A DNA stretch of 32,000 nt, taken from positions 46,286 to 78,285 of the forward strand of contig NZ_JBLNNI010000012.1 in NCBI RefSeq assembly GCF_047786645.1, read 5' to 3'. Below the pieces are notes generated by a model that had not been told where the DNA came from, did not search any database, and saw only the letters and a program-made list of their open reading frames with translations. This stretch comes from Methanobacterium sp. MZD130B (GTDB lineage Archaea; Methanobacteriota; Methanobacteria; Methanobacteriales; Methanobacteriaceae). Positions 12,720-24,752 of this stretch are shown here, in pieces (position 1 is the first letter of the stretch; each line of letters starts with the position of its first letter). Position numbers and translations under genes: made by a program.

Positions 12720-14383
12720 TAAACCACCCAATCTAAAATGGCTCCTTTATCTGCAGAGCTTACTAATTTACTATATCGTGATAACCATCCTTTTAATTTT
12801 TTTTCAGGGTGTTTTACTTTACTAAACCTTTTCTGGATTTCTTCCTCTTCTAACATTATTTCCAGTTTCCTGTTCGGTATGTCAATTTTTATTATGTCTC
12901 CGTTTTCAACAATAGCGATTGGGCCATTTGCCATGGCTTCTGGAGAAACATGACCTATGCATGGTCCTCTAGTACCGCCAGAAAATCTACCATCAGTAAT
13001 CAGCGCAACTGAGTCTAATCCTCTTCCAGATATGGCTGAAGTAGGGTTTAACATTTCCCTCATTCCAGGACCTCCTTTGGGACCTTCATAACGGATAATG
13101 ACTACATCACCATTTGTGATCTTGTTTTGAAAAATGGCTTGCACACATTCTTCTTCACTGTTATAAACTTTGGCTGGACCTTCATGTATTAACATATCTT
13201 CAGTAACAGCAGCTTGTTTAACAACAGAGCCATTGGGAGATAAATTGCCTTTAAGAACTGCAATACCTCCTTCACTGTGCACCGGATTGTTAATTGGGCG
13301 GATAACCTGGTCATTTTTGACTCTAGCAGCACTGATATTTTTTTTCAAGGATTGTCCAGTACAAGTTAGATTTCCTCCTTTGATTTCATCTTCTAGAACC
13401 TTTAAAATCGCAGGTATGCCTCCTGCTTTGTCTAAATCCATCATTGTATGGCTTCCGGATGGACTTATAGCAGTTAAATGAGGTATTTTTCGACTGAGTT
13501 CATCAAAAATGTCTAAATTAATTTTAACTCCTTTATCAGATAGTTCATGGGCTATGGCGGGTAAATGAAGGGTGGTGTTACTGGATCCTCCTAGGGCTAG
13601 ATCAACAACTACTGCATTATAAAATGCGTCTTGGGTCATAATCATGGAGGGGGTGATGTTTTTTTCCACCAATTCTATTATTTTTTCTCCGGATTCCCTG
13701 GCCATCTGGATCTTCTTAGAATCCACTGCATGAGTAGTTGCACAGTAGGGTAGGCTCATTCCCATAGCTTCAGTAAGACATGCCATACTGTTGGCGGTGA
13801 AAAGACCAGCACACGATCCTGCTCCAGGACAAGCGCAGCGTTCCAACTCATCTAATTCTGTTTCACTCATATTTCCTGCTGAAACTTTTCCCACACCTTC
13901 AAAAACATTAATAAGATCCACAGCTTCACCTTTGTACTCTCCAGGTAGCATTGGACCACCAGTAACTACAATAGCAGGAATATCTAGCCGGGCCGCACCC
14001 ATAAGCATTCCTGGGACAATTTTATCACAAGTTGGTAAAAGAACCAAGGCATCCAAGCTATGGGCTTGCGCCATACTTTCCACGGTGTCAGCTACAATTT
14101 CACGGCTGGCCAGGGAATAACGCATTCCCTCATGGTTCATGGCGATTCCATCACAAATAGCCATGGTGTTGAATTCGAAGGGAACGCCTCCGGCTTGACT
14201 TATCCCAAGTTTAACTGCATTTGCAATCTGTTTTAAATGAATATGTCCTGGTACTATGTCTGTAAAACTGTTAGCCACTCCTATAAATGGTTTTTCCATC
14301 TCGGCATCAGTCACGCCGCATGCTCTCAAAAGGGAACGATGTGGGGCCCGCTGCATTCCCTTTTTTATTTTATCACTTCGCAT
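12719..14383 (-). CDS. ilvD: Dihydroxy-acid dehydratase
   Basis: 554 aa. N-terminus [18 protein letters not shown] and the Fe-S cluster cysteine regions (CDKIVPG, CPGAGSC). Confidence 0.95.
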   Translation of the reverse strand: MRSDKIKKGMQRAPHRSLLRACGVTDAEMEKPFIGVANSFTDIVPGHIHLKQIANAVKLGISQAGGVPFEFNTMAICDGIAMNHEGMRYSLASREIVADTVESMAQAHSLDALVLLPTCDKIVPGMLMGAARLDIPAIVVTGGPMLPGEYKGEAVDLINVFEGVGKVSAGNMSETELDELERCACPGAGSCAGLFTANSMACLTEAMGMSLPYCATTHAVDSKKIQMARESGEKIIELVEKNITPSMIMTQDAFYNAVVVDLALGGSSNTTLHLPAIAHELSDKGVKINLDIFDELSRKIPHLTAISPSGSHTMMDLDKAGGIPAILKVLEDEIKGGNLTCTGQSLKKNISAARVKNDQVIRPINNPVHSEGGIAVLKGNLSPNGSVVKQAAVTEDMLIHEGPAKVYNSEEECVQAIFQNKITNGDVVIIRYEGPKGGPGMREMLNPTSAISGRGLDSVALITDGRFSGGTRGPCIGHVSPEAMANGPIAIVENGDIIKIDIPNRKLEIMLEEEEIQKRFSKVKHPEKKLKGWLSRYSKLVSSADKGAILDWVV

Positions 14384-15209
14384 TATATCACCTGTGAGTT
14401 AGAACAAATGGTAAATTGTAATAATATAAATATGTCATTTTATCTTTTAAATGCTATCTTTATAAACAATTTTAATATTAATTCATCAAATCTCAATCTT
14501 ATTAATACTCATTCATCAATCAATTCCTTTTTTGGAAAATTTTTTATAGAATTTGATGTTTATGAACTAACAATTATTGTCTTCACATCCTCAAATTTTT
14601 AATCCTAATGAAATGCTTACATCCTATTTAAAGACAAAAATACGTGAAAAAACCTACAATTTAGATTATTATATTTTTAATCATATTATTGCTAAGATTA
14701 CTACCATTTTTTCCGGTTATTCTTTCTTTTTGGATTATTATTTTGATTGATGGCTACAGAATGTTTTTAGGGTAACGGTTGGTTAAAATAGGGATTTGAG
14801 CATCTGCCCAATTTTTATCTTAAGTTTTCCATAAGGTGTTATGCTGTACTAATGGAGGCATAGTAATGCATATTACTGACTTTCAGCAACGCTTTTAAAA
14901 CAGTTTTTAATGTTTATTTATCATTAATCATCCTTCAACGTAATATTAATGCACGGAATCTGCGGATAATGGGATATTGTGATCATATTAAAAATTACGA
15001 TTTTTGGCAAACAGTTGTGTTAAATCTTTTTTTTTAAGGGTTAATATTCTGAGAATTAAATTCATGATAAATCCGAGATGAATAAAAATTCTAGTTATTT
15101 TGCCTGTTAGAGGTAGCTTATAAATAACATCATGACAGAACTTTATTTTTAGTGAATCATTCTTGACAGGAATAAATACTATTACAGTTATTTAATTTAC
15201 AGGTGGTTA

Positions 15210-17046
<1,837 letters not shown>

Positions 17047-17108
17047 TAATTATATCTTTCCAGTCCTGATGTTGCATATGAATTAATGATATATAGGGGG
17101 TTATTCCT

Positions 17109-18299
17109 TTGAAAAAAACTCCGGTATCTGAAATGGAAAATAGAATGGGTAAATTTAAGGAGGTCATGTCTGCAGTTGATCCTGAATGGGATATGGCTGT
17201 AATTTTTAGTAATATTAATCTTTTTTATTTCACTGGAACCATGCAAGATGGGATGCTGCTTATTCCTAGAGATGAAGAACCCACATTTTGGGTGAGGCGT
17301 AGTTACCAGAGAGCACTGGATGAATCATTTTTTCCAGATATAAAGCCAATGAATAGCTTTCGTGATGCAGCAAAACATATGTGTACACTTCCAAATAGCA
17401 TACATCTTGAAACAGAAGTTGTTCCTTTAGCGCTATATCACAGATTCAAAAAACATTTTCCTTTTCAGAATTATAAACCTTTAGATTCTTGTATAGCTTC
17501 TGTCAGGGCCGTTAAAAGTGAATACGAGCTTTCATTAATGAGAAAGTCTGGAAAGATACATCAGCATGTATTGGAAGATATAGTGCCGAATATACTTTGC
17601 GAAGGGATGAATGAGGCTACTCTCGCATCCAAACTTTTTTCTATTTTAATAGATGAAGGGCACGATGCGGTTACTCGTTTTGGAATGTTTGACACCGAAA
17701 TTATTGTTGGGCATGTGGGGTTTGGTGAAAGTTCACTTTATCCAACATATTTTGATGGTGCTAGTGGAAATAAGGGGCTTAGTCCCGCGGCACCAGTTTT
17801 GGGAAGCCGTGACCGGAAATTGAGGAGGGGAGATCTTGTTTTCGTAGATGTTGGTTGTGGAGTTGATGGTTATAACACTGATAAGACTATGACTTACATG
17901 TTCGGCTGTTCATTGCCTCAGCACGCCATTGAAGCACACCAAAAGTGTGTTGAAATACAAAATGAGATTGCAAAAATGCTTAAACCAGGAGCAATTCCTT
18001 CTGAGATTTATAGGAAAATAATGGATAATTTGGATGATAAATTCCTTGAAAACTTTATGGGTTTTGGAGAACACAAGGTAAAATTTATTGGACATGGAAT
18101 AGGTTTATTAATTGATGAAACTCCAGTTATTGCAGAAAAATTTGACGAACCAATTCAAGAGGGGATGGTATTTGCGGTGGAACCTAAAAAAGGCATCGAA
18201 AATATTGGAATGGTTGGAATCGAAAACACTTTTTTGGTTACTCCCTATGGAGGGGAATGCATTACTGGAACTAGTCCTGGTTTGATTCCAGTTTTTTAG
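17109..18299 (+). CDS. M24-family Xaa-Pro aminopeptidase/dipeptidase
   Basis: 396 aa. Creatinase/prolidase N-domain plus pita-bread catalytic domain with metal ligands in DVG...D, HGIGL and EP contexts. The start is a TTG at 17109, 8 nt after AGGGGG. An ATG at 17133 is an alternative. Confidence 0.8.
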   Translation: MKKTPVSEMENRMGKFKEVMSAVDPEWDMAVIFSNINLFYFTGTMQDGMLLIPRDEEPTFWVRRSYQRALDESFFPDIKPMNSFRDAAKHMCTLPNSIHLETEVVPLALYHRFKKHFPFQNYKPLDSCIASVRAVKSEYELSLMRKSGKIHQHVLEDIVPNILCEGMNEATLASKLFSILIDEGHDAVTRFGMFDTEIIVGHVGFGESSLYPTYFDGASGNKGLSPAAPVLGSRDRKLRRGDLVFVDVGCGVDGYNTDKTMTYMFGCSLPQHAIEAHQKCVEIQNEIAKMLKPGAIPSEIYRKIMDNLDDKFLENFMGFGEHKVKFIGHGIGLLIDETPVIAEKFDEPIQEGMVFAVEPKKGIENIGMVGIENTFLVTPYGGECITGTSPGLIPVF

Positions 18300-18367
18300 A
18301 TATACGCATTTTCTCATTTAAATTTATGATATTAGCATTTTTATCTAGATCTCCCCAGACTTGGTGA

Positions 18368-18409
<42 letters not shown>

Positions 18410-18423
18410 TTAGGAGATCAATT

Positions 18424-19209
18424 ATGGCGGAAGTTATAGCAATTTTAAATCAGAAGGGAGGTTGTGGTAAAACCACCACTGCAGTTAATCTTTCTACTTC
18501 ATTAGCACTTTATGGAAAGAACATATTGGTTATAGACATGGATCCTCAAGCTAATGCTACCACTGCATTTGGTTTGGAGAAAAATGAAGATAATTCAATA
18601 TATCGAGTTTTAACAGGACAACAAACTCTGGATGAGGCTATTGTTGCAACTAAAATATCAGGATTAGATCTTCTTCCCAGCCACATCTCTCTGAGTGGTG
18701 CCGAAATCGAACTTAGCAAGGATATAGGATTTCCATTTATTCTTAAAGAGACTATGGATGATGTTCAGGAGAATTACGATTATATTTTTTTGGATGTGCC
18801 GCCTTCCTTAGGTATACTGACAATAAATTCATTAGTAGCTGCTGATAGTGTCATAATTCCAATTCAAGCTGAATTTTATGCATTAGAAGGAATGGCTGAT
18901 CTGTTAGATGCCATGAACTTAGTGGAAACTCGTTTAAACAGTCCTTCACCCATCAAAGGAATCTTAATCACCCTTTATGATTCTCGAACTAGGTTAGGTA
19001 GGGATGTTTACCAGAATGTAAAGCAATTCTTTGGTGAGACAGAGTATATCTTTAACACAACGATCCCTCGTAATGTGAAGCTGGCTGAAGCACCTAGCCA
19101 TGGCAAACCATGTGTAATTTATGATGAGGAATGTGTTGGAACTGAAGCATATAATGACCTTGCCAAGGAAATTTTAACAATGAACGGGCAAGGAACGGAG
19201 GAAGCATAA
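18424..19209 (+). CDS. parA: ParA/Soj/SegA-type partition ATPase (deviant Walker A)
   Basis: 261 aa. Deviant Walker A NQKGGCGKTT, MDPQ motif and Walker B IFLDVPPSLG. No N-terminal HTH extension, so a small type Ib/chromosomal class. Its stop overlaps the next start (TAATG). Confidence 0.9.
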   Translation: MAEVIAILNQKGGCGKTTTAVNLSTSLALYGKNILVIDMDPQANATTAFGLEKNEDNSIYRVLTGQQTLDEAIVATKISGLDLLPSHISLSGAEIELSKDIGFPFILKETMDDVQENYDYIFLDVPPSLGILTINSLVAADSVIIPIQAEFYALEGMADLLDAMNLVETRLNSPSPIKGILITLYDSRTRLGRDVYQNVKQFFGETEYIFNTTIPRNVKLAEAPSHGKPCVIYDEECVGTEAYNDLAKEILTMNGQGTEEA

Positions 19210-19601
19210 TGACTCCATCAAAAAAGAGTGAAAAAGCATTAGGTAAGGGATTAGACGCTTTAATTCGTAAAGAAAAATCAGAATCTACCGTAAATACGAA
19301 AAAATCTCCTATGAAGGGGAACGTTTCGATTAAAGGTTCTGCTATAGAAAAACCAAAGACAAGAAAAGTCAGGAAAACTCAAGAAGATCCTTACAAAATG
19401 ATTTTTGAAGGTGTTGTACTAGAAGTTCGCAAGAATCCGCGCATATCCCTTTGGTCAGCAAAATCCGCAGCCGTTTTTAGATTTTTAAAAAAAACTAAAC
19501 CTGCATTTAGTATTAGCAAAGAGGCGTCAGTGCTTATTGAAGAAGCCGTGCAACAGAAGTATCCTGAAATCTGGGAATTGTTTGAAGACGAAGAATTTTA
19601 A
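19209..19601 (+). CDS. Small partition-adaptor candidate (SegB / mini-ParB-like): ParB-type N-terminal peptide, basic linker, putative RHH C-terminus
   Basis: 130 aa, translationally coupled to parA with a GGAGG SD. Residues 10-19 ALGKGLDALI resemble the conserved N-terminal GLG(K/R)GLxAL(L/I) peptide of bacterial ParB/Spo0J. No ParB/Srx CTPase or HTH region is visible. The C-terminal RISLWS / AKSAAVFRFLKKT / SKEASVLIEEAVQQ pattern fits a strand-helix-helix layout. Confidence 0.6.
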   Translation: MTPSKKSEKALGKGLDALIRKEKSESTVNTKKSPMKGNVSIKGSAIEKPKTRKVRKTQEDPYKMIFEGVVLEVRKNPRISLWSAKSAAVFRFLKKTKPAFSISKEASVLIEEAVQQKYPEIWELFEDEEF

Positions 19602-19608
19602 TTTTTTT
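19602..19608 (+). terminator. Oligo-T tract (T7) immediately after the stop of the parA-adaptor operon
   Basis: TAA at 19599-19601 is followed directly by TTTTTTT. Archaeal RNA polymerase terminates intrinsically at oligo-T runs. Confidence 0.4.
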
Positions 19609-19819
19609 AAATTTTCTCATGAGGTTACGATTATCAGAGAAAAAAATCTTTCAATATCCTGTTCAACATATTAATTAATAGCTATACTACTTTAAAAATT
19701 GATTAACTATTTGACACATTGATCTTGATAAAAGATGATTTTTGATTTGAATATCACAAAAATTGATTTTCTATTGTTGCGTCTAGAACTCTAATCAAAA
19801 ATATGAAATGACATGAATT

Positions 19820-19861
19820 ATAACATATAAGTTATAACTAATAACTTAGAACTTATAAGAC
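19820..19861 (+). repeat. Six consecutive 7-bp units ATAACAT-ATAAGTT-ATAACTA-ATAACTT-AGAACTT-ATAAGAC
   Basis: Read directly. The last 28 bp match the 18382-18409 array at 24 of 28 positions in the same orientation. Contains the 10-bp palindrome AGTTATAACT. Overlaps the last codons and stop of the radical SAM gene on the minus strand. Confidence 0.6.
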
Positions 19862-20976
19862 AATGTTGTTTGATGATTTTTATCAAGTTTTAAGAATGGC
19901 TCTGCTCTTTTAACAACCACCCCTAACCTTTTAATCTCATCCAATTTCGTAAATTTCATTCCATTTTTCCTTGCTTCAATAATCTTTCTCGCAGAAATTT
20001 TACCTATTCCTGGAACACGAAGTAATTCTTTAAAACTAGCTTCATTTATTTCCATGGGGAACAATTCTTTATGGAGTTTGGCCCAGACCAATTTTGGATC
20101 ATCATCCAAGAAAAGAAATCCATCATCATCCAACACCAACTCATCAAAAGAAAAACCATACGAATTTAAGAGAAACTGAGCCTGATACAAACGAGGTGTT
20201 CGATTATCAGCAGGTTTTTCATGCTCTTCCATCGGAGTCTTTTTCAGAGGTTCAAAGGGGCTTAAATAACTTAAATTTATATTCAGATGTTTATTCAGCC
20301 ATTCGGCCCGTTTGAGTATGTCTTGATCTGTTTCATCATTAGCACCCACAATTAACTGTGTACTTTGGCCAGAAGGCGCCATTTGAGGGTGGCGTTTCTT
20401 CAAACGTTCGATCCATTTCATTCTACGCAAAACATCATTATGATAATCTTTGGTACTAGTGAGTTCTTCAAAACCAGAAGAAGTAGCTGATTCGAGGTTT
20501 ACACTGACCCGGTCAGCAAGGCTCATTGCCCTTTTTATCATATCATAAGAAGCCCCTGGAATTATTTTCAAGTGTATATATCCACGGTATTCATATTCTA
20601 ATCGTAACTTCCTGGCCACAGCAATCATTTTTTCCATGGCTTGATCAGCATCTCCCGGCATTCCTGAACTTAAAAAAAGTCCTTCCGCATAATGATTCTG
20701 ATAGTAATGAAGGAAAACCGTTATTAATTCTTCTGGAGTGAATTCAATTCTCTCAAAACGATTGTGGCAATGGTTTATGCAGTAATTACAATCATTAGTG
20801 CAAAAATTACTCATTAAAACCTTGAATAATGGAACTTGACAACCACCTTGTGTTCGTGCATTATAAATTCCTGGAAGATTTTTGGATGTGAAATTTTCCT
20901 GGTTTAAACTCACATAGTTACAAAGGTCGTATTGTGAGGCCTCCCCTAGAATGCGTAGTTTTTCTATGTCCATCAT
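19846..20976 (-). CDS. Radical SAM protein with C-terminal helix-hairpin-helix domain (putative DNA modification/repair radical SAM class)
   Basis: 376 aa. CxxxCxxC cluster motif CTNDCNYC preceded by ASQYDLC. C-terminal HhH motif [19 protein letters not shown]. Confidence 0.75.
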   Translation of the reverse strand: MMDIEKLRILGEASQYDLCNYVSLNQENFTSKNLPGIYNARTQGGCQVPLFKVLMSNFCTNDCNYCINHCHNRFERIEFTPEELITVFLHYYQNHYAEGLFLSSGMPGDADQAMEKMIAVARKLRLEYEYRGYIHLKIIPGASYDMIKRAMSLADRVSVNLESATSSGFEELTSTKDYHNDVLRRMKWIERLKKRHPQMAPSGQSTQLIVGANDETDQDILKRAEWLNKHLNINLSYLSPFEPLKKTPMEEHEKPADNRTPRLYQAQFLLNSYGFSFDELVLDDDGFLFLDDDPKLVWAKLHKELFPMEINEASFKELLRVPGIGKISARKIIEARKNGMKFTKLDEIKRLGVVVKRAEPFLKLDKNHQTTLSYKF

Positions 20977-21125
20977 TTTTTTTATGTTTTTAATGATTAA
21001 TATACAATTTCAAAAAGAGGTATTGGGAAGTATTTAACCTTCTTTGTCTGAAATAAACATCTATCTATAATTTAGCATCTATTAACCCTCTATGTTTTTA
21101 AAGCATTGATAACAATTCATAGTAT

Positions 21126-22478
21126 ATGCGTATTGTCTTAGCTGGAACAGGAAGTGCAGTGGGGAAAACAACAGTCTCCACAGGAATTATGAAAGCTCTC
21201 TCAGAAGAACAGAGAGTTCAACCTTTCAAGGTAGGTCCGGATTATATTGATCCCACTTACCATACTCTAGCCACAGGCAATATCAGCCGAAACCTGGACT
21301 CATTTTTCATGAGTTACCCCCAGATCAGGGAGGCTTTTGAAAGGGCTTTAAAGATCTCAAACTCCAACATGGGAATTATTGAGGGTGTAAGGGGTCTTTA
21401 TGAAGGTATTAGTCCTATTGAGGACGTTGGCAACACAGCTTCCATAGCAAAAGCACTTAATTCTCCTGTTATCCTTATTTTGAACTCTCGAAGCTTAGTG
21501 AAAAGTGCTGCTGCAGTGGTTATTGGATTTAAAACTCTAGATCCATCTATCAAGATTGAAGGGGTCATTTTGAATTTAGTAAAAAATCGTAAACACTACC
21601 TTAAAACCAAGGAAGCTGTTGAAAAACTAGCTAATACTCAAGTCATTGGAGGAATACCACGTGATGAATCTATTAGTGTGGAACAAAGACATTTAGGTTT
21701 GGTGCCGGCCGTTGAACATGATAGCATATTACGCAACATCGAAGATTGGGGTCAGGTTATGGGGGAAAATATTGACCTAGACGCCCTCATGGCCATAATG
21801 AAAGCAGCAGGAAAACTCCCTGATGGACGTGAGCCACTATTCCATAAAAAAAATAAGAAAAAGCTTAAAATCGGCATAGCAAAAGATGAAGTATTCTCTT
21901 TTTATTATCAGGATAATTTGGAATCTTTCGAAGCTAACAACGCTGACTTAGTATATTTCAGCCCTTTACATGATGATGCTGTGCCAGATGTGGATGGTAT
22001 CTACATTGGTGGGGGTTACCCTGAAATTTTTGCCAAAGAACTTTCAGCTAACCAGTCAATGCGCACTTCCATGAAAAAATATCATGAAAACAACCAACCT
22101 ATATATGCTGAGTGTGGAGGGCTCATGTACTTAACCCGTTCAATAAACCATCAGGAAATGTGTAATATTTTTCCTTATCAATCCCACATGACCAAAAAAC
22201 CACAAGCATTAAGTTACGTTGTTGCCAAAGCGATTCAAGATAATATTATCATCCCAGGGGGGGAGATGTTCCATGGTCACGAATTCCACTACTCGAAACT
22301 GGAATTGGAAGGTCAAAAACCAAAATTTGCATTCGATATTTTGAGGGGTCGAGGAGTGACTGATTCCATGGACGGGCTTATGAGTAAGAACACTTTAGCC
22401 AGTTACGTTCATACTCATGTGGCAGCTTGCCCAACTTTCGCCACTCAAATTATTAAAAGTGCATTAGGAGATTTTTAA
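21126..22478 (+). CDS. Cobyrinate / Ni-sirohydrochlorin a,c-diamide synthase family (CbiA/CfbB)
   Basis: 450 aa. N-terminal P-loop [10 protein letters not shown], a C-terminal glutamine-amidotransferase domain with the nucleophile context AECGGLMYL, and HEFHYS. The B12 (CbiA) and F430 (CfbB) paralogues cannot be told apart by eye. Confidence 0.8.
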   Translation: MRIVLAGTGSAVGKTTVSTGIMKALSEEQRVQPFKVGPDYIDPTYHTLATGNISRNLDSFFMSYPQIREAFERALKISNSNMGIIEGVRGLYEGISPIEDVGNTASIAKALNSPVILILNSRSLVKSAAAVVIGFKTLDPSIKIEGVILNLVKNRKHYLKTKEAVEKLANTQVIGGIPRDESISVEQRHLGLVPAVEHDSILRNIEDWGQVMGENIDLDALMAIMKAAGKLPDGREPLFHKKNKKKLKIGIAKDEVFSFYYQDNLESFEANNADLVYFSPLHDDAVPDVDGIYIGGGYPEIFAKELSANQSMRTSMKKYHENNQPIYAECGGLMYLTRSINHQEMCNIFPYQSHMTKKPQALSYVVAKAIQDNIIIPGGEMFHGHEFHYSKLELEGQKPKFAFDILRGRGVTDSMDGLMSKNTLASYVHTHVAACPTFATQIIKSALGDF

Positions 22479-22550
22479 TATATTTTTTACATTTTCCAAT
22501 GTAAATGAGTGGTCTTTTGTTTAAAAACTTGCAGTGATTGATTATATAAG

Positions 22551-22709
22551 GTCTACAGTAGAAACAAAAATCTTGTAGATCTCAAAATTGCTATTATTCA
22601 TCTTATTATTTGTGCCAGAAAATGTAAGAAACATTTCTACTGTAGACCGATAGTGCTCGGTGAATTTGCTGAATTTGTGATTTTGCACTGTATTTATTCT
22701 ACAGTAGAA
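22551..22709. repeat. Second cluster of three TCTAC-W-GTAGA palindromes (GTCTACAGTAGAA 22551-22563, TTCTACTGTAGAC 22635-22647, TTCTACAGTAGAA 22697-22709)
   Basis: Read directly. Same 11-bp core as the 2743-2880 cluster. An additional half-site-like TCTTGTAGATCT is at 22571-22582. Located 73-231 nt downstream of the CbiA/CfbB stop and about 280 nt upstream of the next start. Confidence 0.9.
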
Positions 22710-22985
22710 GTAAATAAGTTGGATCAGCATAACAAATAATGTCATATTGTTAGAATCCCGCAGGAGCTTAAACACAAACGAAATAATATAAGCTAAAAAA
22801 GGCAATAAAAGAATTTGAGATTAAGTAGTAGATAATTTAAAAATATAAAATTCTGGATATTCAATTTAGACCACTACAATCTGCATCAAAAATAGCAATT
22901 CTAATTAAGAATACACTCATATCTTAATCCACATCATATCATATACCTTACTTCATCATGAAGAATATATTCAGGAGCATTATTC

Positions 22986-24167
22986 ATGAAGTTTTCAGAA
23001 TTAAAAAGAGTTGATCTATTTTCACCATACATTTTGGTGCTAATAATTGTAATATATGTATTATTAGCAGCCATTGCATATCAAGAGCACTTGAGAAATC
23101 TTCAATGGATTTCAAGCACATCTTTTCTCTACATTTTTATTGGAACCTTATTTTTCACAATAGGTGTATTTGTTCCTAAAATAATTCACGATCATAGTGT
23201 GAAACTAAAATCTATTTTTAGGGATCTTAAAGTCACTGAAGATAATTCTGAACAATGGTACAACAAATGCCGTGTCTTGTTAGATGAAAGGGTATTGTTA
23301 GCCGCAGTATTCATTGCTATTTTTCTACAAGGTCTTAACATCTATCTTCTGGGAGGCATACCAATTTTAAGTGGATATCTGAAATTTAAAGCCACCACTG
23401 ACTTATGGCGCATTGCATATCCCCTTTTTTTGCCTGCCATTACAATTCTACTGGCTAAATATCCTCGTAAATGGTACTATGTAATCTTCATAATAGGTCT
23501 GGTTGTATTTGCCATTAATGGATATCGTACCACTACCATGGCCATTCTCATAAGTGCTTTCATCACCTTATATTACACTCGCAAAATGAAAACCACCTAT
23601 GTATTAATTTCAATACTTATTATTGCTTTAATTGGAATAGCAGCAGGATATATAGCTGTAATGTCAATTCAATGGCAACAATGGAGTTTAAACCCATTAC
23701 AACTAGTTGCTTACCGCGCTGGATTCACCATGATGGTATTTGACAAGATCGTGCACATGGCTGGAGCTACTGGAGGAGACTTGATCCATCAAGCCCTTAC
23801 CACTGGACACCCACGAGTTACTGTGGGACATGTCGTTTTGAACTATCCAGTAGGGGGAAATACTCCCACAACCAGCATTACATCCACAATTTTTGGACCA
23901 GCAGTACTGGACTTTGGATTATATGCCATGATTGTGCAGATGTTTGTTATGGGAGTGGTGTTGAAAATAATCCATGCAACACACCAGAAAGCAAACGGAG
24001 CGCTCACAGCTTTATATGCAATTGTACTCACCCATACGATGATTTGGGTCGAGACTGGCCCCACCGATAGTGTAGTCTATCTATTCTATATTTTAGCCAT
24101 TGTTGCAGTGATAATATATGCAATCCAGCTTTTTAGAATATCCCAGAAAAACCAACAAATTAAATGA
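22986..24167 (+). CDS. Polytopic integral membrane protein (about 10 or more TM helices), possibly Wzy-like oligosaccharide repeat-unit polymerase
   Basis: 393 aa, dominated by hydrophobic helices. One larger loop at residues 70-95. The functional guess rests only on size, topology and a GYRTTT loop motif. Confidence 0.5.
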   Translation: MKFSELKRVDLFSPYILVLIIVIYVLLAAIAYQEHLRNLQWISSTSFLYIFIGTLFFTIGVFVPKIIHDHSVKLKSIFRDLKVTEDNSEQWYNKCRVLLDERVLLAAVFIAIFLQGLNIYLLGGIPILSGYLKFKATTDLWRIAYPLFLPAITILLAKYPRKWYYVIFIIGLVVFAINGYRTTTMAILISAFITLYYTRKMKTTYVLISILIIALIGIAAGYIAVMSIQWQQWSLNPLQLVAYRAGFTMMVFDKIVHMAGATGGDLIHQALTTGHPRVTVGHVVLNYPVGGNTPTTSITSTIFGPAVLDFGLYAMIVQMFVMGVVLKIIHATHQKANGALTALYAIVLTHTMIWVETGPTDSVVYLFYILAIVAVIIYAIQLFRISQKNQQIK

Positions 24168-24670
24168 CTTTCATTTTTTTGGGGTGATTTAAATATTTTT
24201 TAAATCATTATCAAATTTTTTAGATAAAAGTTACACTTGAAACCCATGTCTAACTTGTTGAAATAGTATCACAAAATTCTTGAAAAAAAAACAACTATAC
24301 GTATATAAATAAAATTAATTCTCGTTTGGTGTTATTGAGATATGTTATTGGGAATACAAATCTTTGGAAACCGCAGTGGTTTTTGTAACTCTGTTGGTAT
24401 ATACTAACCTCCAAATTGGCATGCAATATAAAAGTTAACACCCTAATGAAAAATTTTCTATTTATTTACTATTATCCATGTGAACTATCCTCAACACATC
24501 CAGAGACGGATATCAGGGCTCAAAATATAATAATCATTAGAATATTTACAAAAAATTTCATAATAATGCCTATTCAAATAGTGTTTTTTTTTATAAATGT
24601 ATTTTAAATCAATTCATTGTAACTCCTTTATATCACAGCAATCTGTTTTTAAACTTTTTCGCAAACTCAA

Positions 24671-24705
24671 AAATCTCATATATAAATCTTCCCCTATAAA
24701 TTAAA
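24671..24705 (+). promoter_or_regulatory. Candidate archaeal BRE/TATA promoter for mtd
   Basis: An A-rich stretch is followed by CATATATAAATC and CCTATAAATT, 48-76 nt upstream of ATG 24753. The GGTGA SD at 24744-24748 would lie in the leader. TATA-like strings are common in this AT-rich DNA. Confidence 0.3.
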
Positions 24706-24752
24706 TGAAAAAATACTTATGCCGATCTTCCAAATAGCAAAACGGTGATAAT

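Noticed and set aside
22542-22805. 87-aa minus-strand ORF spanning the second palindrome cluster
   Set aside because: Same artefact as above. The composition is implausible (Phe/Asn/Ile-rich), there is no SD, and the ORF runs through all three palindromes.
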